Shown here piece by piece: positions 1-8,581 of a DNA stretch of 30,049 nt. The stretch spans positions 1 through 30,049 of IMG/VR virus record IMGVR_UViG_3300044300_002822. One strand, 5' to 3'. Both the position numbers and the translations under genes were made by a program. Positions within the stretch are counted from its first letter, which is position 1. Each line of letters starts with the position of its first letter. Source of the DNA: a virus. Lineage: Duplodnaviria > Caudoviricetes. The notes under the pieces are model-generated. The model worked only from the letters and a program-made list of their open reading frames with translations, had not been told where the DNA came from and did not search any database.

Positions 1-156
1 AGTTGTTGATCTGGATAACATATCCCTGGTTCTAAGTTTCCTGTTTAGTGACTCTTCTGCAAGAGTTATAAATTCAGGTATCCTGGAAGTTAAATCAGAT
101 CTGTTTAACCAGTTTGCTACTGCAGTATGCAGTTCTGCTTTTGTAGATATTGCCAT
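1..156 (-). CDS. Head-tail adaptor / head completion protein, N-terminal part (runs off left edge)
   Basis: Manual translation from ATG at 156: MAISTKAELHTAVANWLNRSDLTSRIPEFITLAEESLNRKLRTRDMLSRSTT. The WLNRSDLT..IPxFIxLAE pattern and the position two genes after the capsid gene are typical of podovirus adaptors. Confidence 0.7.
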   Translation of the reverse strand, partial: MAISTKAELHTAVANWLNRSDLTSRIPEFITLAEESLNRKLRTRDMLSRSTT

Positions 157-474
157 CTAACTCAAATGTCCTTCCCAGGTTCGGAATGGTTTGTTTTCTG
201 GTCTATCTAGCCATTTTAATAGTTTTTTTGTAGACCCTTTTGGACCTAGTATTCCATCTCTATAAAGTTTTGCTGCTATTACCGGGGGAATTTCTGCAAC
301 ATGCCTGACTTCATTCTTCCTGTCAACAGGTTGCTCTCTGAGGTACTTTGTGTAATCTAATGTTGGCTGGATATCCTGCTTTTTAGTGATATGAAATTTA
401 CCATCACCATCTTCTGTATGGACATCTGTTTTCACTCCATCCACCACACCCATTGGGGTTGTATTTAAAGGCAT
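157..474 (-). CDS. Conserved small phage protein downstream of major capsid gene
   Basis: 105-aa ORF with GGAGAG upstream; its stop abuts the next ATG; HVAEIP motif. Confidence 0.75.
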   Translation of the reverse strand: MPLNTTPMGVVDGVKTDVHTEDGDGKFHITKKQDIQPTLDYTKYLREQPVDRKNEVRHVAEIPPVIAAKLYRDGILGPKGSTKKLLKWLDRPENKPFRTWEGHLS

Positions 475-507
475 AAAAATCCATTTCTATCTCTCTCCAA
501 TGTTTGT

Positions 508-536
508 AAAAAACCCCTCCCGGTTAAAAGAGGGGT
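508..536 (-). terminator. Rho-independent terminator after major capsid gene
   Basis: Minus strand ACCCCTC-N10-GAGGGGT followed by a T run, about 20 nt after the capsid stop codon. Confidence 0.8.
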
Positions 537-557
537 CAGTTTAAGGGTTAACTAAGA

Positions 558-2020
558 TCAACCACCACAATCACCTACAAGCCCATGTGCGAGCTCGTTG
601 TCGATTTGGAGTCCACCTTCCCATATGATGTATTTACCCAAAGCATCACCAGTTCGCCCAATCTCCTGAGTCTCGAAAGCCCTCAGTTGTGCTACTTTGG
701 CGTATTCTGGATTGATAATTAATACATCTTTTTCGCCTCTTATGAAACGATCAGCTTGTACTGCATACGTTCCAAAGTCACCAATGTAGACAGACACATT
801 TGCCTGAACTTCATCAGCTTTTGTTGGAAGTGCAACAACCTGGGTTGCAGATGCTCTACCTGAAAATGCTGAAGCCAATTGTTTGTTTGCCGAACTCATA
901 ATCATCTGAGTTGGCTGGTCTCCAGAATTGTCGTAGCAGAGTTTTAAAACTGCTTTTAAAAGCGTTTCTGTGAATGCTCTTGCAGTTCCATCTGTTCTGG
1001 CAGTTGAACCTACTGCAGCCTGGGCTGCTGTTGGGTTGGCACCAGAACCACCACCTTTAGAGATGTTGGTTGCTAACTTAGCCAGGATACCTGCAGATGT
1101 TCTTGCAGTACCTGCAGCACCAGAATTTACTACTGAGTTGCCAAGCATGAGCTTTTCTACATCACGCTTTAATGCACGAGACATGATACTAAGCTGATGG
1201 GCCATGGCATCATTTACGCCTGCCCTGTCAATTGCAGCCTGAGTACCAGTTACTGCTGCACTCCTGTACAGAATCTGACATTGATTGGAGTTGCGAACAG
1301 TATTATTTGCTGCTGCTGCTGCAATCGTATCACCTTCTAACTGAGCAGTTGTACTAACTGCTGGCATTATCTTCACCCAGGTTCGTTACTTCTGGGCCGT
1401 TCAAAAGAACTGCTGCATATTCAACTATGCAGATGGGACTATATCATAACCCTGACAGGGTCTCTTGCGCTTCCAACCACTTGGTTGTACTTCCTAATGG
1501 AATAGTCTCTGAACCTTCCTCAAATGAGGCTTGGCTGCTGATCAACAGGTCTTGTCTTTCCAGCAATTCACAAGATTTGCAATAACTATTACTAGTTAAG
1601 GCCTCCATATTAAAGGGCTTCAGTTTGGTGTTCAAATAAAGTATTGCTTACGCTACGTTTACCTGCCATTGAGACAAAAGGTGTCTCTTCCGGGGATATA
1701 TTATCAGTTTTGTTATCATGGCTTTTTTAATTACCATTTCTCATAATTTCTTATGAGCTCAGACTATATCATCACCATCATGGTGCCGGGAGCTCTTGGA
1801 GGGGTTATCGTTTGTGCTACTCACCCTCTAGTCGTTGAACCTTACTGCTACTTTTGCACTTCACAGTCTTGGCTGCTGATTGTCTCCAGCATTACCTGGT
1901 AAGATGTTCCAGCAATTCACCCGGTTACGATCCAAATATTCAGATCACATCCGAAAGATCTTCTCTAATACCTTTTGCACCATCGCTATGAGTTGTGAAA
2001 GCGTTGGTTACGAGAGCCAT
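558..2020 (-). CDS. Major capsid protein (DUF5309/SU10-like), spliced: exon1 2020-1942, exon2 1704-1613, exon3 1364-558; 325 aa
   Basis: Joined exons (79+92+807=978 nt) give an uninterrupted frame: MALVTNAFTTHSDGAKGIREDLSDVI-Y-NISPEETPFVSMAGKRSVSNTLFEHQTEAL-PAVSTTAQLEGD...KRDVEK...SVYIGDFG. These motifs match this capsid family. GAAAGGAAA precedes the ATG and the gene follows the scaffold gene. Confidence 0.92.
1365..1612 (-). ncRNA. Group I self-splicing intron 2 in major capsid gene (248 nt, no ORF)
   Basis: Exon ends in U (GCCCTT), intron ends in G (ATAATG). IGS GGAGGC. Core motifs: P AATTGCTGGAAA, Q GATCAGCAGCC, R GTTCAGAGACTA, S ATGATATAGTCC. P3 TCTTGTG/CGCAAGA, P8 ACCCTG-TC-AGGGT. Extra hairpins between P7 and P3' (IA-like). 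Confidence 0.93.
1705..1941 (-). ncRNA. Group I self-splicing intron 1 in major capsid gene (237 nt, no ORF)
   Basis: Exon ends in U, intron ends in G (AAACTG). P1 GAUCU/GGAUC with U-G wobble. Core motifs: P AATTGCTGGAA, Q AATCAGCAGCC, R GTTCAACGACTA, S ATGATATAGTCT. P3 CCGGG/CCCGG, P8 CACCA/TGGTG, P9 CTCATAA-GAAA-TTATGAG. Confidence 0.93.
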
Positions 2021-2055
2021 AAATTTCCTTTCATTTCAGTTAATGTTAATCGGGT

Positions 2056-3000
2056 TTACAACATCTGTTTAAAAACTTCAGTTGCATCAGACATTTTGCC
2101 GGATTTTGCAAGTTTCATTTTGGCCTTAGTAACAGTAGTATGCTTTCTGGGCTGGTTCCCTGCTGAACCGGGAGTTGCAGGCCGGATTGCCTCTTTTGCA
2201 GGTTTGAGTCTAACTTTCCCCTTACCTGAAAGTCCTGCTGCTTTCATTCCTGACCTCAGGGCTAAAACTGCTCTATGGTCATAAATGTTTGCCAGCTCTT
2301 CCTGGGAGTAGCCTAATTCTTTTAAAGCATACTGCCTGATTTGGGACTTTTCCTGTTTCATCACCTCAGGATCTTTCCATTCAGGAATGGTTTCAATCAG
2401 AGTCTGGTGTTGCTGAGACAAATACTGTTGCATCTGAGCCTGTTGCTCTTGAGCCTGCTGTTGTTGCATTCTCTCATGCTCCATTCTCAATTCAGCTTGT
2501 TTTTCCTTCCTGGATCTTGCATCTTCTTTTTGCTTCATCCATTCCAGAGGATCTGCTTCATATAACTGGTCCCAGTCAGGTTCTTTTGGCTGCTGGAGTT
2601 CCTGTTCTGAAACTAATCGGTCCAGGTTCTGCTGATACCTTAACTGCTCCTGCTTGGCTGCCTCCTGGGCTACCTCAAGTTGCTTGCGTGATTCCGCTAA
2701 TGCCTGTGTTTTTTTAGTATAATCACTCTGCCTTAGATAACCATCTTTCAGTTCAGGGAGGGTGACCTCATAATCCTGACCATCCAGTTTAACCGCATGG
2801 TATTCTTCTTCAGGTTCCTCCTGTTCTTCAATCTGTTCATCTTCTTCAGTAGTAATTTCAGCATCTGCTTCAGCTTCAACCTCTTCAGTTTCTGCTTCTA
2901 CTTCTGCCTCTGTTTCTGCACTTACTTCCTGTTGATTGTCGGGTTCCCCGGTCAACATTGACTGAAATGCCTGTTCTGCTTGCTGGAGTCCGCTTGCCAT
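2056..3000 (-). CDS. Capsid scaffolding protein
   Basis: Acidic N-terminus, VKLDGQDYEVTLPELKDGYLRQSDYTKKTQALA motif, Q/E coiled coil, immediately upstream of the capsid gene. Confidence 0.88.
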   Translation of the reverse strand: MASGLQQAEQAFQSMLTGEPDNQQEVSAETEAEVEAETEEVEAEADAEITTEEDEQIEEQEEPEEEYHAVKLDGQDYEVTLPELKDGYLRQSDYTKKTQALAESRKQLEVAQEAAKQEQLRYQQNLDRLVSEQELQQPKEPDWDQLYEADPLEWMKQKEDARSRKEKQAELRMEHERMQQQQAQEQQAQMQQYLSQQHQTLIETIPEWKDPEVMKQEKSQIRQYALKELGYSQEELANIYDHRAVLALRSGMKAAGLSGKGKVRLKPAKEAIRPATPGSAGNQPRKHTTVTKAKMKLAKSGKMSDATEVFKQML

Positions 3001-3021
3001 TGGTTGCTCCTGTTTAAATTG

Positions 3022-3288
3022 TTAAGATCGTTTTTTGATCAGTTTATTAAGTTGAGCTTTATGTAGCTCACCTCTTTCCATTATAACACCTAAATGTGCC
3101 CTAACCTGTGCTGTTGCCCAGACAAGTTGCCATAGCACTTCTCTACCTTCAGAATCTTTCAAGTCTGAAGATTTCCAGGTGTCTAAATAAAGTTTTTCCA
3201 GTTCCTCAAATGCCTTAGTGAGGACCGGGTCATTTATCAGTTCTTTTGCCCTTTGGGAGTCTTTTAACTCCTGGTCTATCTCATCCAT
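3022..3288 (-). CDS. Small conserved head-module protein preceding scaffold
   Basis: 88-aa helical ORF (RAKELINDP...REVLW) in the usual portal-scaffold slot. Confidence 0.75.
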   Translation of the reverse strand: MDEIDQELKDSQRAKELINDPVLTKAFEELEKLYLDTWKSSDLKDSEGREVLWQLVWATAQVRAHLGVIMERGELHKAQLNKLIKKRS

Positions 3289-3290
3289 AA

Positions 3291-5591
3291 TTAATACAAT
3301 AGAGATTGAGGAGTTAACCCCAGGTTTTGGAGTTGACTGGGGTTTAAAGTGTGGAGTTCTGAGAGGACATTTCTGAATCGGTCACCGGAATATGTAGCAT
3401 TGCTATCTCGTATGCCCCCTCCAGTTCTTCCGGGGTTATTGATTGAGCCTGTCCCTGGTGGTCCTGCATTAACAGATCCAGTTGGTTGTCCAGAATATTT
3501 TTCTGCTGCTTCACTAAGCCCGGCAACCTGTCCCCCAGGGTTGAGGCTACCATTTTCATTAATATGTCTAACTGCATTGGATCGTATTGCATTGTCACCT
3601 TTCCATTTCATTATTACCAGTTCAGGCATACCAAGAGACTCATCCCACCCGGTTGATCTCCAGTATTCCAGAAGGTCCTGATATTTAGTTTCTGAACCAC
3701 CAAATTTAGGGCTCCTTACATATTTTTCATCAAAAGGCACCCTACCAAGTTCAACAAACCCATAATCATTATACACCTTTGGCAGAAAACCTCTAGGATA
3801 TTTTTGACTTGGGACTGCATATGCATCAAGTGCTGTTGCACCCTCCTCAATTGCCTTACCCATTACTCCTGGTGCTGCAACACCTTTTGCTCCAGGTTCA
3901 TTATTTACAACTCCTACTACTGCCTTTTCATTTGGTCCAAGATCAGGGTGATTAAACCCATACTCATCTGCATAGTTTGTTCTTTTAATCCCAAAAAAGA
4001 CTTGGGTGTCTTTTCCTCCTAATTGGAAAACATTAAAACTACCACTCTTTATACCCTGCTGGAGTTCCTTCAGGTTATACTCAGTTAGTGTGGCAGATGC
4101 ATCAGAATTCCTGATTGCATTTATAAAGTCTGTTGGAGAGGCACCACCTCTACCTACAGGCATCAATGTTGTTCTCCAGTTCCCCTTTGCTGCTTCCAGA
4201 GCAAGTTGGGCCTGTTTTGGAGATTGAATGTGTTGAAGGGGAGTGAATTGGATATTTTTTATCTTTTCTTTTGTTAAAGTTTCAACAGGAGGTCCTAAGT
4301 CTGATGCCCTTAATATATTATGAATCTTTGCACCTCCCTCTCTTTTTGATTTGGAAAAATCTGAAAATACAGATTCATAACTTGTAGGTGCAGGAAACTT
4401 TCCAACTACCTCCCCTTTAACTCCATATTTATATGATGGGTGTTTTGTAGTTCCAGGATGAACTCCCAATTCAACAAGATTGTCTGGCCCCTTATCCAAC
4501 TTAATAAGGATCATGGCATCACCAAGATTGGTTCCATATGTTGAAGGATCTTCCAATTTTCTTGAAATCTTAGTGATATTAGGTGCCCCCAAAATTTGAC
4601 CTTGAGAAGATGCTAACTGCTGGACAATTCTTGCTCTAGCATCAAAAGATAAATTTTCCAGATATTTCTGATATCCTGGAGCACCAAATCCAGGGAAATT
4701 CTCAAGTGCCTGTTTGACTGAATTTTTCATTTTTGGGGTAGTCTGCCTGACTAACTTATCTAACCTTTTTAAATTACGTTTCCCAATTCTTCCATCCCTT
4801 ACATATGCATCCATTGTATTTAATGTTGAATCTGCAAATGTTGTGTTACCTCTATGAGCCTCATGCCCCATTGAAACAACTACTGCATGATCTGCTTCAT
4901 CCAGGTTCCTAAGTATTTTACCTTGACCACCTTGTACTGCCCAGACTACATTTGCATCTCTTGAGGATTCTAAATTGGGGAACTTCTTACCTCCATACAA
5001 CCCTACCCCCTGATCCAACTTGGAAGAATCAATCCCAGTATAAACAGTTCCTCCATCAGTCAGATCTGCATGTATAGGGAAAACTTTTAAGTCTTTTAAA
5101 TCTGCAGGAGTCAGGTCTGGGATATCATCAATATATTTTGGAACTTCAGCAACTGGGACAACTGGAGAACTTGATTTGGGAGGGGTACTAGATAATTTAG
5201 AACCTTTTCTAATTGTTCTTGCAAGATCAATAGGAACAGATAATGCCCCACCAACATGAGGACCTAGCATAGTTGATAATCCAACATCTGCAGACTCCAG
5301 AAGGGACCATATCCCAGGCTCAATTGCTCCTGTATAGTCTCCTTTTTCAAGTAGAGTTTTTGCTTTTTCTGCTTCTTGAGCAGATCGGATACCTGACCTG
5401 ATAGTACCTTCTACTGGAGTAACATCTTTTCTAAGTTCAGATAATAGGTAGGTTGCATCTTCTGGAGTACCGGGAAGGGTATCTTCCCATACTGGGAGAG
5501 TACCAAAATATGATCTGATAGAATCAAAAAAGGAACTAGGTCTACCCTGTCTCAGTTCTGATTGGTACTGGTCATAAACCTGTTTAGGCAT
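3291..5591 (-). CDS. Large multidomain protein with C-terminal GNAT-like domain (polyvalent-protein-like, possibly virion-delivered effector)
   Basis: 766-aa ORF overlapping the portal stop. The segment VVNNEPGAKGVA...AIEEGATALDAY...FLPKVYNDYGFVELGRVPFD resembles GNAT motifs A/B. Function is inferred. Confidence 0.6.
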   Translation of the reverse strand: MPKQVYDQYQSELRQGRPSSFFDSIRSYFGTLPVWEDTLPGTPEDATYLLSELRKDVTPVEGTIRSGIRSAQEAEKAKTLLEKGDYTGAIEPGIWSLLESADVGLSTMLGPHVGGALSVPIDLARTIRKGSKLSSTPPKSSSPVVPVAEVPKYIDDIPDLTPADLKDLKVFPIHADLTDGGTVYTGIDSSKLDQGVGLYGGKKFPNLESSRDANVVWAVQGGQGKILRNLDEADHAVVVSMGHEAHRGNTTFADSTLNTMDAYVRDGRIGKRNLKRLDKLVRQTTPKMKNSVKQALENFPGFGAPGYQKYLENLSFDARARIVQQLASSQGQILGAPNITKISRKLEDPSTYGTNLGDAMILIKLDKGPDNLVELGVHPGTTKHPSYKYGVKGEVVGKFPAPTSYESVFSDFSKSKREGGAKIHNILRASDLGPPVETLTKEKIKNIQFTPLQHIQSPKQAQLALEAAKGNWRTTLMPVGRGGASPTDFINAIRNSDASATLTEYNLKELQQGIKSGSFNVFQLGGKDTQVFFGIKRTNYADEYGFNHPDLGPNEKAVVGVVNNEPGAKGVAAPGVMGKAIEEGATALDAYAVPSQKYPRGFLPKVYNDYGFVELGRVPFDEKYVRSPKFGGSETKYQDLLEYWRSTGWDESLGMPELVIMKWKGDNAIRSNAVRHINENGSLNPGGQVAGLSEAAEKYSGQPTGSVNAGPPGTGSINNPGRTGGGIRDSNATYSGDRFRNVLSELHTLNPSQLQNLGLTPQSLLY

Positions 5592-7698
5592 TTGGCAGGT
5601 TCTGTTGTGCTAACTGGGCCTGCAGGAGTTGGGCACTTTGTCTCATCTGCTCCCGGTCCTTTTCAAGATTGGCTTTGAGGGAAGCTGCATCAATTGTGGT
5701 GTTGTATTTTGCTTCCATCTCCATTATTGACAGTTGGGCTTGTGATTCAATCCTGTCCTTCTCCCGGTCATCAAGCCTAATCATTTTCTCCCTTTCCAGT
5801 TCCAGTTTGGCAACATCATTTTGTGCATCTGCCTGTGCTTTTTGTCCCTGGATCTGGATATACTGTTCCTCTGGTGTTGGTTGTGGAGGAGGAGGTTCTG
5901 GAGCCTGATACTGTTCAGGATCACCAAAAAAGACACTAGGGTCCTGAAAACCAGCAAGTTCTATCATCCGGGAGAGAGTCGCATGATAGTTTTTAAGACT
6001 TACAATTGGATTTTCAGGACCAAACTGTTGCAGCATTGTTTCCTGTTTCTGGGCAATAGTTGACAGGAACTGCATTTTTTCCATATCACTTCCGGCACCA
6101 AGTGGGATATCAACTGTAAGGTCCATATCTGAGTCCCAGTACCTGGGGTCAATTGGTACCCATTGGTTATTGAGCCGGGCCATTTTTGCCCTGTCCTGGT
6201 ACTTCACAACAAGATGTAAAATACCTTTGTAAAGAGGTTTCAGGGAAGTTTCAGCAAATATCCGGGCAATTAATTCTATGTGTGCCTGGGCAGCTTTAAC
6301 AGATGCATCTATGCCAACCCTGGCAGTACTGGTCAGGCTCTCAACATCAAGACCCTGTGAGATTTTGGTTATGCCTGTACGACTTGCTTTTATCTCATCG
6401 AGCATTCCCATTACGCCCAACGCAGGTTGTCCCAGGAATGGAGTGTCTAATTGTGTAACACTTGCTGGCCCTCCTCTTGCACGAATTATACTCCCAACTT
6501 CAGTATTCAGGACATCCTTCATATTGACCTGCCCCTCCTGTACAACCATTCTGGGCGAAACTGCCATTACCAAACTATCCATGACATTTCTGAGAATGGC
6601 GCTCTTGATGCGTTGTATATCAGCAACAATATCGGTTATGGAGGCTCCATCCCAGGAGTGAGGTGTTGGGTCAGGGGTAAATCTTACAAAAGGGATATAA
6701 TCACATGGCATCACATTCACAATATTGTGGGATGATCCAATTGTGCAGACCTTCAGGAGTTCTGAGTAGTTATCCTGATCCCTGTCTATGCGTACAAAAG
6801 ATTCACAGTATAAAACCTTCCTGGAGGCAGGCTCCATATTGTCCTGGTGCCGGGTTGCATTATCTGCATGTCTGTTGACAAATTCCTCATTATTAGAAAA
6901 TCCTTCTTCAATCCCGGAGTGTTCTTCAATCTCTTCCCTGTCATATCCCATACTGACGAGCTCAGAGATCGTCTTATATGACCTGTGAGAAACAATGTCT
7001 GCAGAGTCAACTGTCTTGGCAACCCTGGATATCAGGAACTCTTCAGGAGGAAGTGCTTCAATCCTGATCTGCCCTTCCTTAATTCTTCTTTTGAGTGAAA
7101 CATCATAAAGCGGAACACCTTCAGGAGTCTGCCCGGAAGATTCCATCTCAACTTCTTCCACATCTTCTTCACCTGCCAGTATTTGTGCCTGCTGTTCATC
7201 CAACCCGGTAAACTTGGAAGTATTTACTGTTTCTGATTCTTCCCACCAGTATTTTAAAACTCCAGTCCTCCTGATGAGTGCATCCTTAAATACAGTCATC
7301 AATGTAGTGAAGAAGTTGGGCTGCTGTTCCAGTATCAGGTTATTGATGTAGCTGGAGCATTGTTCTGCCATCTGGATATCTTCAGGCCCCTTTGGTGTAA
7401 ACTGCATGATCTTCTTCCCACCAAAAAATACCCTGAGGAGAGATGGAAGGATAGCATTGATGGTATCCCTGACATCATAACTGGTTGCACCAGATCTTCC
7501 TTCATCATCCTGTTCAGGAAAATGCCCGGAATAATATTTTGAGGAGATTACTCTTTCCTGGGAGAGTTCATCACAATACTGGATTGCATCATCAAGAAGT
7601 CTGCCTACATAACCCTTAAATTCTTCCTCATCCATCTGCTCTGAGGGTTCAAATTCTTCTTCTTCAATTTCTTCTGGATTTTCTTCTGAATATGCCAT
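5584..7698 (-). CDS. Portal protein (P22-like)
   Basis: 704 aa; KDALIRRTGVLKYWW, ALPPEEFLISR, DIQRIKSAILRN motifs; C-terminal Q-rich coiled-coil barrel; downstream of terL. Confidence 0.92.
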   Translation of the reverse strand: MAYSEENPEEIEEEEFEPSEQMDEEEFKGYVGRLLDDAIQYCDELSQERVISSKYYSGHFPEQDDEGRSGATSYDVRDTINAILPSLLRVFFGGKKIMQFTPKGPEDIQMAEQCSSYINNLILEQQPNFFTTLMTVFKDALIRRTGVLKYWWEESETVNTSKFTGLDEQQAQILAGEEDVEEVEMESSGQTPEGVPLYDVSLKRRIKEGQIRIEALPPEEFLISRVAKTVDSADIVSHRSYKTISELVSMGYDREEIEEHSGIEEGFSNNEEFVNRHADNATRHQDNMEPASRKVLYCESFVRIDRDQDNYSELLKVCTIGSSHNIVNVMPCDYIPFVRFTPDPTPHSWDGASITDIVADIQRIKSAILRNVMDSLVMAVSPRMVVQEGQVNMKDVLNTEVGSIIRARGGPASVTQLDTPFLGQPALGVMGMLDEIKASRTGITKISQGLDVESLTSTARVGIDASVKAAQAHIELIARIFAETSLKPLYKGILHLVVKYQDRAKMARLNNQWVPIDPRYWDSDMDLTVDIPLGAGSDMEKMQFLSTIAQKQETMLQQFGPENPIVSLKNYHATLSRMIELAGFQDPSVFFGDPEQYQAPEPPPPQPTPEEQYIQIQGQKAQADAQNDVAKLELEREKMIRLDDREKDRIESQAQLSIMEMEAKYNTTIDAASLKANLEKDREQMRQSAQLLQAQLAQQNLPNA

Positions 7699-7797
7699 AT
7701 TTGGAAATTTTGAGGTAAAAATGGGAAAAACGAGCTCTCAGAACTCTCTCTCTACTAATTTTTTGATGTTACGAATGCAGTAACATTCCTTTTCTTC

Positions 7798-7806
7798 ATT
7801 ATACCA
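7798..7806 (-). promoter_or_regulatory. Extended -10 promoter (TGGTATAAT) upstream of portal gene
   Basis: Perfect TGnTATAAT in the 136-nt intergenic gap, 100 nt before the portal ATG; no well-spaced -35. Confidence 0.5.
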
Positions 7807-7834
7807 CCAGAATTGGCTAAAGAGGGTGCTGTTG

Positions 7835-8581
7835 TCAAACGCCACACATTCCTTCACATTCATCTGTGAAAAAATTAAGTTGCCCCTGCTCTTCCATAGT
7901 CCTGAAATCAACATCACGCAATGGCTTTAAGCTGCGATGTAAATATAGTTTTCCTTCATAAGTGGGGCAATTCCTTAACGCTTCATCCACCTGGCAAGTC
8001 TCCTCAAACTCTTCAGGCCACTTATTCTTAATCTCTCTCCATTGCTCATCATTATGATAGGGACAACCAAGACAGGCAGATTTGGGTGGTACTTTATATC
8101 CTTTCTTTTCCATCCAAGTCATACAGTCATTCCTGCTCATCTCCAGATCAATTAAGGGCCAGGTGTGTTCAATGTACTGGACCCTGCTTGGTTTCATCCT
8201 GGCCCATTCATCAGTTGAAATTCCCATTTGCAGGATTACTGGATTACCTTTTGATGAGTGTGGCTTGCAGAACTTTTGTACTGGTCTGATCTTAAAATCG
8301 TAAGTACATTGTCTTTTCCCCATACCCTTGTTTGAAGTAAAAAGTGGTATCGGACGGAAGTGTTTATCCTTTAGCATTTTATCTTTCAAATTCCCTGCAT
8401 CAACCCTGACAACTGGAAAATTTAAGTAACTCTCCAGCCAGTCAAGATGTTTATATACTGCTTTCGGTTCCCATCCAGTATCAGCAAATACTGCATAGTC
8501 AGGTGGTTCAATTTCTTTATGATGAGCCAGGAGTACCAGAGTGGTTGACTGAACTCCTGCACCAAGACTAATTATTTTCAT
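7835..8581 (-). CDS. PAPS-reductase-like (PP-loop, adenine nucleotide alpha-hydrolase fold) Fe-S protein
   Basis: ISLGAGVQS PP-loop variant, FADTGWE, RQCT, GIS.DE..R, PL, KSACLGCPY and terminal ECEGMCGV cysteines. Confidence 0.8.
   Translation of the reverse strand: MKIISLGAGVQSTTLVLLAHHKEIEPPDYAVFADTGWEPKAVYKHLDWLESYLNFPVVRVDAGNLKDKMLKDKHFRPIPLFTSNKGMGKRQCTYDFKIRPVQKFCKPHSSKGNPVILQMGISTDEWARMKPSRVQYIEHTWPLIDLEMSRNDCMTWMEKKGYKVPPKSACLGCPYHNDEQWREIKNKWPEEFEETCQVDEALRNCPTYEGKLYLHRSLKPLRDVDFRTMEEQGQLNFFTDECEGMCGV

Noticed and set aside
1365-1376. ORF-track start MKIM for the capsid protein
   Set aside because: These codons are the last 12 nt of intron 2; the true start is ATG 2020 after splicing.
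1444-1635. 63-aa ORF as an intron-encoded homing endonuclease
   Set aside because: Too short, has no HNH/GIY-YIG/LAGLIDADG motif, and runs through the ribozyme core.
1365-1941. Stop-codon reassignment or pseudogene as the explanation for the broken capsid gene
   Set aside because: All other genes read normally in code 11, and the interruptions have complete group I intron cores and precise U/G boundaries.
7835-8581. cysH sulfate-assimilation auxiliary metabolic gene
   Set aside because: Lacks the SFSGGKDS-type loop and ECGLH terminus of true CysH; only the fold is shared.
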